In this document: in pieces, positions 18,757 through 27,007 of the stretch
Numbering within the stretch: position 1 is the stretch's first letter
How the letters are laid out: each line of letters opens with the position of its first letter
Source of the DNA: Candidatus Saccharimonadota bacterium
GTDB taxonomy: Bacteria; Bacteroidota; Bacteroidia; Cytophagales; Amoebophilaceae
NCBI RefSeq assembly: GCF_965196625.1
Contig: NZ_OZ239769.1
Span: 420,001-452,000 of the forward strand
Length of the DNA stretch: 32,000 bases
Reading direction: 5' to 3'
Translations under genes and position numbers: made by a program
Notes under the pieces: generated by a model
Told to the model about the DNA's origin: nothing
Databases searched by the model: none
What the model saw: the letters and a program-made list of their open reading frames with translations, nothing else

Positions 18757-18867
18757 AAGGGCATTAGCAGTTACATTACTAAATATAATTACCAAAGGTT
18801 TCATTCTAGTATTAACTATTAAAAACATATGAACCTCTATCTTGACCATTTAAAAATGGTAGGCTAG
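18757..18867 (+). pseudogene. IS3-family OrfB (integrase core) C-terminal remnant
   Basis: KGISSYITKYNYQRFHSSINY*KHMNLYLDHLKMVG matches the conserved OrfB tail pattern YN..R.HSSL.Y.TP..., with an internal stop. Confidence 0.5.
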
Positions 18868-19018
18868 AAAATGGGAAAAAATGGAAAATAAACTTAAGAA
18901 AAAGATGTCTGAATAAACCAGTTCACTATACTTATTACTTCAAAGTACTCGGAATGAAATTAGTCTAAATGAAAATTAAAACAAAAAACCAGATAAAAAA
19001 ATAGTTATTTTTAATGTA

Positions 19019-19468
19019 TTGGGCTTATATAGTCTAATGCTCATTGGATGTAGCAAACGTGGTGCTACTATCATGGGGCAGTTTGCTCCAAAAGAGTCTG
19101 TAGATAAGCAATCTAGTTACAGAAGATGTTGGAACTGGGTTAAGAAGAGTATTGTCAATGTCATAGCTAGTAGTAGTCCTGTAATTGTACGCTACAAAAT
19201 TCTCAACGATGATCTTAAACTTAATGCTTCATACAAGTATAAACAGGACTGTAAGCTTGGTCCTATTGAATGGAAGAAAGAAAAAAATAATGAGAAGCTG
19301 CACAAAAAAATCTGGAGCCTTGTTAAGGCTATCATCAACAAAGAATATAGGAAAAAAATAGATAGTTTCGTTATATTCAGTGTAAGAGAGGGTTGCAATA
19401 CAGTGGCATATGTGAGGGGGAAAGAGCCCTTCTGCTTGGCCGTAGAGCCTGTAAATTATTTTGTGTAA
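19019..19468 (+). CDS. Hypothetical protein (possible gene remnant) whose 3' end runs into the IS256 terminal repeat
   Basis: 149-aa ORF with a TTG start and a weak lipobox (MLIGCS). The last 8 codons and the stop (EPVNYFV*) are encoded by the IS end starting at 19445. Confidence 0.35.
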   Translation: MGLYSLMLIGCSKRGATIMGQFAPKESVDKQSSYRRCWNWVKKSIVNVIASSSPVIVRYKILNDDLKLNASYKYKQDCKLGPIEWKKEKNNEKLHKKIWSLVKAIINKEYRKKIDSFVIFSVREGCNTVAYVRGKEPFCLAVEPVNYFV

Positions 19469-20547
19469 GTGCCGTTTTTTAGGAGAATCTTCCCTCAAAT
19501 TCGATAGCGAATCGATTCAGAGCCGCTCTCCAATCATGTAAAGACATAGTCCACTTTTGTGATGCCTTCTGTATGGCTAAATATACTACTTTTAATGCAG
19601 ATTGGTCATTAGGAAAAATTTTACGGTTATTGATAGATTTTCTAATAACGCTATTGAGTGATTCAATGGCATTGGTCGTATAAATAATTTTTCGTATTTC
19701 ATCAGGATAGTCAAAAATAGTTATAATGTTGCTCCAATTTTTATGCCATGAACGACTAATAGCTGGATATTTTTTATCCCATTTTTCACTAAAAATAAGA
19801 AGTGCTTCTTCCGCTTGCTCAAGAGAAATAGCGCGATAAATAACTTTAAGATCCGATGCGACGGACTTCATGTCCTTATAGGGTACATAACGTAACGAAT
19901 TACGAATAAGATGAACAATGCATAACTGAATTTTGGTTTTTGGAAATACTGTATTAATAGCATCTGGAAATCCGGTTAATCCATCAACACAAGCAATAAA
20001 AATATCCTTAATGCCACGATTATTTAACTCAGTTAATACTGAGAGCCAAAATTTTGCACCTTCGGTTTCTGCTATCCACAAACCAAGTAATTCTTTTTGC
20101 CCTTGACAATTAATGGCTAATGCCAAATAAATTGATTTGTTGATTACGCGTTTATCTTGATGACACTTGATAACGATACAATCTAAATACAATATGGGAT
20201 ATACTGTTTCTAATGGACGATTCTGCCAAACAGTAATCTCCTCAATAACAGATTCAGTTACTTTCGAAATTAAACTGTGTGATACCTCTGTACCATACAG
20301 CTCTTTGAATGTATCTGAAATATCTCTGGTAGTCATCCCTCTAGCATAAAGAGCCAAAATTTGTTCATCAAATTCAGTGAAGCGAGTTTGCCCTTTGCGA
20401 ATGATTTGAGGATCGAACGTGCTGTTTCGGTCACGTGGCGTATTAATTTCCATTTCGCCAAAATCACCCTTTAATCGCTTAGGAGAGTAACCATTACGGC
20501 TATTTCCCGTGTTCCTGCCTTCTATAGCATGCTTTTCATAGCCAAGA
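19445..20547 (-). mobile_element. IS256-family insertion sequence, 5'-truncated copy (IS positions ~230..1332), inverted relative to the next copy
   Basis: It starts with the right-end repeat gagcctgtaaattattttgtgtaagtgc. The sequence mirrors 20777..21879. It stops abruptly at ...catagccaaga, next to the left end of the full copy. Confidence 0.9.
19479..20547 (-). pseudogene. IS256-family transposase lacking its N-terminal ~50 codons
   Basis: The 324-aa track ORF is identical to residues 81-404 of the intact transposase. The reading frame continues upstream to the truncation point without a start codon. Confidence 0.9.
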
Positions 20548-21879
20548 GAGTTTGTAAATAAAATTGTGTAAATGCTTATTATTAACTAATCTAACGGATT
20601 AAATCGTTAGTTATAAATGAGTCATAAGCAATGGAACAACAACAAATAAATATAGATCCAAATCTACTAAATGAATTGTCGAAGTCTATTAAGAGTGAAA
20701 AAGATTTAGCTATTCTCAGCAAGCAACTATTAAAAATCACGGTAGAACGTGCTATGGATGCAGAATTAGAGGATCATCTTGGCTATGAAAAGCATGCTAT
20801 AGAAGGCAGGAACACGGGAAATAGCCGTAATGGTTACTCTCCTAAGCGATTAAAGGGTGATTTTGGCGAAATGGAAATTAATACGCCACGTGACCGAAAC
20901 AGCACGTTCGATCCTCAAATCATTCGCAAAGGGCAAACTCGCTTCACTGAATTTGATGAACAAATTTTGGCTCTTTATGCTAGAGGGATGACTACCAGAG
21001 ATATTTCAGATACATTCAAAGAGCTGTATGGTACAGAGGTATCACACAGTTTAATTTCGAAAGTAACTGAATCTGTTATTGAGGAGATTACTGTTTGGCA
21101 GAATCGTCCATTAGAAACAGTATATCCCATATTGTATTTAGATTGTATCGTTATCAAGTGTCATCAAGATAAACGCGTAATCAACAAATCAATTTATTTG
21201 GCATTAGCCATTAATTGTCAAGGGCAAAAAGAATTACTTGGTTTGTGGATAGCAGAAACCGAAGGTGCAAAATTTTGGCTCTCAGTATTAACTGAGTTAA
21301 ATAATCGTGGCATTAAGGATATTTTTATTGCTTGTGTTGATGGATTAACCGGATTTCCAGATGCTATTAATACAGTATTTCCAAAAACCAAAATTCAGTT
21401 ATGCATTGTTCATCTTATTCGTAATTCGTTACGTTATGTACCCTATAAGGACATGAAGTCCGTCGCATCGGATCTTAAAGTTATTTATCGCGCTATTTCT
21501 CTTGAGCAAGCGGAAGAAGCACTTCTTATTTTTAGTGAAAAATGGGATAAAAAATATCCAGCTATTAGTCGTTCATGGCATAAAAATTGGAGCAACATTA
21601 TAACTATTTTTGACTATCCTGATGAAATACGAAAAATTATTTATACGACCAATGCCATTGAATCACTCAATAGCGTTATTAGAAAATCTATCAATAACCG
21701 TAAAATTTTTCCTAATGACCAATCTGCATTAAAAGTAGTATATTTAGCCATACAGAAGGCATCACAAAAGTGGACTATGTCTTTACATGATTGGAGAGCG
21801 GCTCTGAATCGATTCGCTATCGAATTTGAGGGAAGATTCTCCTAAAAAACGGCACTTACACAAAATAATTTACAGGCTC
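20548..21879 (+). mobile_element. IS256-family insertion sequence, full length (1332 bp), no target-site duplication
   Basis: IRL gagtttgtaaataaaattgtgtaaatgc (20548..20575) pairs with IRR gcacttacacaaaataatttacaggctc (21852..21879) at 22/28 positions. Flanks agccaaga / ttgctctt are not duplicated. Confidence 0.9.
20631..21845 (+). CDS. IS256-family (Mutator-type) transposase
   Basis: 404 aa. Characteristic block: YPILYLDCIVIKC...LALAINCQGQKELLGLWIAETEGAKFWLSVLTELNNRGIKDIFIACVDGLTGFPDAINTVFPKTKIQLCIVHLIRNS. Confidence 0.93.
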   Translation: MEQQQINIDPNLLNELSKSIKSEKDLAILSKQLLKITVERAMDAELEDHLGYEKHAIEGRNTGNSRNGYSPKRLKGDFGEMEINTPRDRNSTFDPQIIRKGQTRFTEFDEQILALYARGMTTRDISDTFKELYGTEVSHSLISKVTESVIEEITVWQNRPLETVYPILYLDCIVIKCHQDKRVINKSIYLALAINCQGQKELLGLWIAETEGAKFWLSVLTELNNRGIKDIFIACVDGLTGFPDAINTVFPKTKIQLCIVHLIRNSLRYVPYKDMKSVASDLKVIYRAISLEQAEEALLIFSEKWDKKYPAISRSWHKNWSNIITIFDYPDEIRKIIYTTNAIESLNSVIRKSINNRKIFPNDQSALKVVYLAIQKASQKWTMSLHDWRAALNRFAIEFEGRFS

Positions 21880-21968
21880 TTGCTCTTACTGGTTTATCTA
21901 GATCTAGTATCCAGGACCTTGTCTAAACATTTTTATATAGTTATCCTATAATATAACTAGATATTCTA

Positions 21969-22032
21969 TGTAGTAGTTATTATTTATATCATTACAATTT
22001 AACAATTTTCAGATTAAATCTTGACTACTACA
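21969..22032. repeat. MITE-like 64-bp element with TGTAGTAGT...ACTACTACA terminal inverted repeats, copy A
   Basis: tgtagtagttattatttatatcattacaatttaacaattttcagattaaatcttgactactaca. A homolog at 31030..31093 differs at about 9 of 64 positions. The right end is shared with the palindrome at 30752..30790. Confidence 0.75.
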
Positions 22033-22272
22033 CATAGGATAGCCGATCGCAGTAAGCAGCTCTGATTCCTTTTCGAATACTGTAAAAGTTTCTGTTATAA
22101 TCTTTTCTACAGGCTCAACTGAGCCATAACCCCTAGAAGCTATTTTTTCTAATTTTTCCTGAGAGGATCTATTAGGTTCTACTAAAAAATCTGATCTAAC
22201 TTGTCCACAAGCTATTAATGCAAATAATGGAAGATAGAGACTTAACTTTTTTAATTTGATTTTTAAATTCAT
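22009..22272 (-). CDS. Small hypothetical lipoprotein whose last 8 codons and stop come from the MITE-like element
   Basis: Signal plus lipobox MNLKIKLKKLSLYLPLFALIAC|GQ. The C-terminus ...CSSQDLI* is encoded within 22009..22032. Confidence 0.5.
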   Translation of the reverse strand: MNLKIKLKKLSLYLPLFALIACGQVRSDFLVEPNRSSQEKLEKIASRGYGSVEPVEKIITETFTVFEKESELLTAIGYPMCSSQDLI

Positions 22273-22735
22273 TTTTCAATTTTATTAATTGATTTATGTT
22301 AGATATAAACGGGTAGAGGCTTATTGTAAATAAGACATATCCTAAATCATAAAAAACTTGATTTTAGCATATTTTTTTTCTACCCATCGAGTGAATCTGC
22401 TTAAATGAAAAATTATTCACAATATTTTTTTGATTAAAAGAAGTTGTTATCCATATTCCTAATGGATAAATGAGTAAGTCTCTTGTAAAGAAATGGAGAA
22501 AATATCCCCTTAAACCTGAACTCTCTGTTCACGGCATTAGTAAAATGCTAAAAATTTTTATATTAGATTATTCTTTTTTTTGCCTACCGTTTCCAGAGTG
22601 GTGAATGGATACAACTTGATTAACCAGACTCTGCCCTGAAAATCCGACCAATCTAATTTATTTATTTAAGAGGTAATTTTCTAGTCGCAACATAATCCGT
22701 TACATTACTAACTCCATCATTTTCAGTAAGATAGA

Positions 22736-23449
22736 TTATGAACCACTGAGTGTCTTAGTGATGTTAGAAATATTAAGTCCTAAAGGACACTTATTATTTG
22801 TCTTATCGTTATTTTTCATCTCAATAAAAGGGATAATCTCCAAGAAATCTAATTCGCATTCCTTAATAACGTAACCTAAGTCGTCATAGACATCCTCCTC
22901 TCTTTTATTAGAGTTAATTTTAGTATTATATTGTTCCAAGTCAGACGTTTCATCATTCGCATTGGAATTAAGGCCAGACAAATAATCATGAATATAAAAA
23001 GCACTATTTCGCAGAGTATTATAACTATTAGAAGCAACCCATTTGGCACTGCTACAAAAATATGGCATAGCCCACATTAAGCTATAAAAAGTTCCTTGTG
23101 CAGCATAAGCAACTCCTTTACTAGTGTATTCAAAAATAGGCCCACCAACCTTACTACCGTAATGAGCACCTAAAGCTGCACCACCCTGCACACCTTCCTG
23201 AATAGAACCACCATTGCAAACAGCACTAACTCCTCCTCCAATCGCACCAACTCCTCCTCCAATTGCACCTAAAGTACTCGCACCAATAAGGTGACCAGCA
23301 TTACCAGCAATATCAATAGCAGTTTGTGCTCGCATACCCAACCCGGCCTTATGAACACTGCATCCAGTAAATCCCAAGTAAGAGAGACAAAAAATAGCTC
23401 CTAAAAATAGGTTATAACCTAACCTGCTTAATTTGTTATTGATTAACAT
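22736..23449 (-). CDS. Hypothetical lipoprotein with a glycine-zipper region
   Basis: Lipobox LGFTGC|S, then a glycine-zipper-like run GASTLGAIGGGVGAIGGGVSAV...GGAALGAHYGSKVGG. The C-terminus is acidic and Asn-rich. Confidence 0.55.
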   Translation of the reverse strand: MLINNKLSRLGYNLFLGAIFCLSYLGFTGCSVHKAGLGMRAQTAIDIAGNAGHLIGASTLGAIGGGVGAIGGGVSAVCNGGSIQEGVQGGAALGAHYGSKVGGPIFEYTSKGVAYAAQGTFYSLMWAMPYFCSSAKWVASNSYNTLRNSAFYIHDYLSGLNSNANDETSDLEQYNTKINSNKREEDVYDDLGYVIKECELDFLEIIPFIEMKNNDKTNNKCPLGLNISNITKTLSGS

Positions 23450-23789
23450 GATAATTTATTTAATTAACTTCTATTATACTCATTCTATATATGTTATATA
23501 TGGCATTCAAAAAATATCAAGAAATACTAGAATGACATTTGTAAATATAGATATATAGTATTTGTAATCCAAATTATTCTTTTATAAAACTTCAGAATAA
23601 ACTAGAAGCGGTTCATTAGACGCTCGTTATATGGGACAAAGCTATTGCTAAAATTTTGAATTAATTATTTTGTAGATTAATTCTTGTTCAAGTGATTATC
23701 GCATAAGGGTGTAACCTCAATGAAATAGCAAAAATGTTATCCTATTCCATCAATGAAGTAACTTATATGCGATAGATTCGATGACATAA

Positions 23790-24458
23790 CCTAAATACGA
23801 TAAATTCATCAGAGCTTATTTGAGAGCTTCAACAGAAGATCAGTTTGCAGATAGAGCAAAAGAAATGCTCGAGCAGTTTGTTCAGGAGAGAGGATACAAA
23901 ATTGCTAGCTACTACCGAGAAAATATCAGCGGAACAAAACTGAACAGACCAGAATTGGGACGATTATTGATGGATAGCTACCAGAATGATATTTTACTGG
24001 TAGAGCAGGTGGACAGGCTGACACGGTTGAGCAATAGTGACTGGGAAACACTCAAAAAGAAAATTGAACACCACGAACTGAAAATTGTTAGTCTGAATAT
24101 ACCAATTTCATGGCAAGCTTTGTCTGAAAAAGAACCATCACAAAACGATCCAGTAACAGGTGCTGTGATTTCCTCCATCAATAATATGTTCATAGATCTA
24201 ATGGCCGCGATGTCGCATAAGGATTGGCTGAGCCGTCGACAAAGACAAAAACAAGGAATTGAAAGGGCACATGCACAAGGTAAATATCTGGGAAAGCAGC
24301 CCGATCATGAGCGACACCAGAAAGTTACCTGCTATCGAAATGTTAAAAAACTAAGTATATGAAGCCGCACAAACTACTGGGTACAGCGCTTCTCAGGTAT
24401 GCCGTATTCAACGATTGTACTCTTTAAACAATGAAAAAAGCAATGCTAAGAACTTTTA
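23790..24458 (+). pseudogene. Serine recombinase (resolvase/invertase) lacking an ATG start and with a frameshifted C-terminal HTH
   Basis: Catalytic domain KFIRAYLRASTEDQ...ISGTKLNRPELGRLL...DILLVEQVDRLTR. The open frame begins right after a TAA at 23787 and has only a TTG at 23820. The HTH (YEAAQTTGYSASQVCRIQRLY) lies in a different frame after 24355. Confidence 0.8.
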
Positions 24459-24577
24459 GTAGATTGATGTAAAGTGGGAAAAGTAATATCGTAATAATGT
24501 TGTAAATCAGGTTAATTAATATAATAACCGGGAAGGAAAGTCAGTCCAACTCTCCTACAGAAAACAGGGATTAACGT

Positions 24578-24938
24578 ACAATAATTTCCCATATCCAAGG
24601 AGACCCCTCATAGAAACACAAATTTCTTCTCAAAAGGATCGGCTAAAAAGAAGAATCGATGAATTGCTAGGTAAGTTATCAGATGGAGATACCATCATTA
24701 TTACGGAAATCAGTCGGTTAGGTAGGAGCACATAGGAAGTGATTCATCTAATCAATGAAATGGTTAAAAGAAAGATCCGAATCATAGCCATTAAGCAAGG
24801 GTTGGATTTAAACAAACACAGCTCAAAGAACTGGTTGGTTTGGGACTCTCGATTAGGAAAATAGCAGCTATATTGGGGTATAGCAATCATATGGGATTGA
24901 ATAATTATCTCAAAAAAATCGCTATAGTCAAGCAATAG
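24578..24938 (+). pseudogene. Second, different serine recombinase remnant (N-terminus missing, internal stop, frameshift)
   Basis: ...DRLKRRIDELLGKLSDGDTIIITEISRLGRST*EVIHLINEMVKRKIRIIAIKQGLDL, followed in another frame by the HTH ELVGLGLSIRKIAAILGYSNHMGLNNYLKK. Confidence 0.75.
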
Positions 24939-25013
24939 CATAATCAATTTATATTAGCGCTAGTTATCATAACCTATATCTAAATAGATTGCATAGTTTT
25001 AAATATTCTCATC

Positions 25014-26780
25014 ATGAAAAAATTACCGATTGGGGTTAGTAACTTTCATAAGTTGGTATCTAACGATTACCTATTTTGTGATAAGACAGCCATGATTGCT
25101 GAATTATTGGGTAAAGGCGAAGAAGTTACCTTAATTGCTCGCCCTCGTCGCTGGGGGAAGACACTTAATATGTCTATGTTGCACCATTTTTTTTCAGCAG
25201 AAGTAAATGGAGTAAGTACAGAAGGCTTATTTGATGATTTAGCTATTGGTAAGGTAGATGTTGGTCAATACATTGCACAGCATCAAGGTAAGTACCCTGT
25301 CATTATGCTAAGCTTTAAGGATGTGAATGCAGATAGTTTTCAAGGGGCCTACAATGCGGTGTATGAGTTGATATTAGAGGTGTATAGCACATATGCCTAC
25401 TTATTGAATAGCGATGCAATTAATCAAATACAGTTAGGACAATTACATACTATCCTCAATAAGCAAGCCAATCAACAAGCATTAGAAAAATCTTTAAAGC
25501 TCCTTAGTCAATGCCTCTACCAACACCATGGTCAAAAGGTCTATATTCTCATAGATGAATACGATACGCCTCTCAACAAAGCTTACGGCAATAAGGAATA
25601 TTTGGATGCTATGGTCTCGTTTATGCGTAACCTATTTAGCGCTGCTTTAAAAGATAATAGCTATTTGGAAAGAGGTGTTTTAACGGGCATATTGCGTGTT
25701 TCTAAGGACAGCATGCTTTCTGGATTGAATAATCTAGAGACCTATACTTTTCTAGATGAAGAATATAGCGCACACTTTGGATTTAGTGAAACGGAAGTTT
25801 CCTATTTATTTGAAGAAAATAGTCTTAGTGTTGCTATAGAGGAAGTAAAAAGTTGGTACAATGGTTATAGGGTAGGAAATTTAGTCATGTATAACCCTTG
25901 GTCTATTATTTCTTGTATCAATAAATCAGGTCGTTTTGATGTCTATTGGGTCAATACGGGTAATAATAACTTAATCGAACAAAAGGTACTTACTGCTCAT
26001 TCGGAGATTAAAGAACAATTCGAACAGTTGATGCGAGGGGAGCCCTTAGCTATATCTATCAACAAACATCTTGCTTTTGATATCCTAGATAAAGATGATA
26101 CATCTTTCTGGAGTCTTTTATTATTTGCTGGCTATTTAAAATTTGACACTGTTGCCTTTAATGAATATAATGGATTACATGATTGTGAGTTGTTGATTCC
26201 TAATAAAGAAGTATATACGCTTTATAATCGTTTTTTTCAAGAATGGTTCATTCATCAGTTTGAGAGAAAGCGGCAATATGATTTTTTCTTGAAACATTTA
26301 GTAGCTGGCCAGGTTCCTGCTTTTGTAGAACAGCTTAGCTACTTTTTACGTAGAAGCGTGAGCTATTTTGACACACAAAAAAGTAATAAATCAGAAGGGT
26401 TTTACCATGGTCTTGTCTTAGGGATGTTAGCTAGTTTAGGTATCACCCATTATATACGCTCCAATAGAGAAAGTGGTTTGGGGCGTTATGATCTGTTATT
26501 AATACCTAAAAAAGAAGGTTCCAAGGCGCTGCTATTAGAATTTAAACAGGTTCGGAAAGAAGAAGAATTAGAAAGCGCTTCTAAACTGGCCTTATCACAA
26601 ATACAAGCACAAGCCTATCATACTGAAATACTACAATATCCTCATGTCCAGGAGGTAATAGAAGTTGGTATTGCCTTTTCTGGAAAATCGGTGTTAGCTG
26701 CTTATGCCACGTATAATCTAGTTGGTAAAAAATGTGGTTCATTGAGTTTAACCAGTAGATATGGCCAGGAAGAGTGGTAG
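25014..26780 (+). CDS. Predicted AAA-ATPase-like N-terminal domain plus C-terminal PD-(D/E)XK nuclease-family domain (Bacteroidota-expanded family of unknown function)
   Basis: MKKLPIGVSNFHKLVSNDYLFCDKT...ARPRRWGKTLNMSML (P-loop-like), VYILIDEYDTPL (Walker-B-like). The C-terminus ESGLGRYDLLLIPKK...ALLLEFKQV carries a D...E-x-K nuclease motif. 588 aa. Confidence 0.8.
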   Translation: MKKLPIGVSNFHKLVSNDYLFCDKTAMIAELLGKGEEVTLIARPRRWGKTLNMSMLHHFFSAEVNGVSTEGLFDDLAIGKVDVGQYIAQHQGKYPVIMLSFKDVNADSFQGAYNAVYELILEVYSTYAYLLNSDAINQIQLGQLHTILNKQANQQALEKSLKLLSQCLYQHHGQKVYILIDEYDTPLNKAYGNKEYLDAMVSFMRNLFSAALKDNSYLERGVLTGILRVSKDSMLSGLNNLETYTFLDEEYSAHFGFSETEVSYLFEENSLSVAIEEVKSWYNGYRVGNLVMYNPWSIISCINKSGRFDVYWVNTGNNNLIEQKVLTAHSEIKEQFEQLMRGEPLAISINKHLAFDILDKDDTSFWSLLLFAGYLKFDTVAFNEYNGLHDCELLIPNKEVYTLYNRFFQEWFIHQFERKRQYDFFLKHLVAGQVPAFVEQLSYFLRRSVSYFDTQKSNKSEGFYHGLVLGMLASLGITHYIRSNRESGLGRYDLLLIPKKEGSKALLLEFKQVRKEEELESASKLALSQIQAQAYHTEILQYPHVQEVIEVGIAFSGKSVLAAYATYNLVGKKCGSLSLTSRYGQEEW

Positions 26781-26964
26781 ATTTCCTATATCCAAGGCGA
26801 ACCCTCTTAGAAAACGACCGTTTAGAGAGATAAATCTATTTATGTTAGGGTTGGAGTATAGAAAGATGATATTAAACGGTGATAGATCTGTAGGAAAAAG
26901 CCGTTGCAATAAAAAATTGCAACAGCCTCAACTTGTAACTAAAATCAAGAGCCTTTGGTTTTAA
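26781..26964 (+). pseudogene. Third serine-recombinase remnant, homologous to the 5' part of 24578..24938
   Basis: atttcctatatccaaggcgaaccctcttagaaaa (26781..) matches atttcccatatccaaggagacccctcatagaaa (24583..) at about 29/33 positions, with weaker similarity after that. The track ORF 26761..26964 is probably read-through of this debris. Confidence 0.5.
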
Positions 26965-26999
26965 GTGTCGTGTAAATATTTATCAGGTTGTATATTTAT

Positions 27000-27007
27000 G
27001 TATACCA
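27000..27007. repeat. 8-bp target-site duplication GTATACCA, left copy
   Basis: Immediately precedes the IS left end at 27008. An identical octamer follows the IS right end. Confidence 0.85.

Noticed and set aside
19192-19498. Track ORFs 19192..19398 (-) and 19229..19498 (-)
   Set aside because: They are antisense to the ORF at 19019..19468 and run out of the IS end, with low-complexity F/L/I-rich translations.
23978-24947. Track ORFs 23978..24193 (-) and 24744..24947 (-)
   Set aside because: They are antisense to sequences with clear serine-recombinase similarity on the plus strand.
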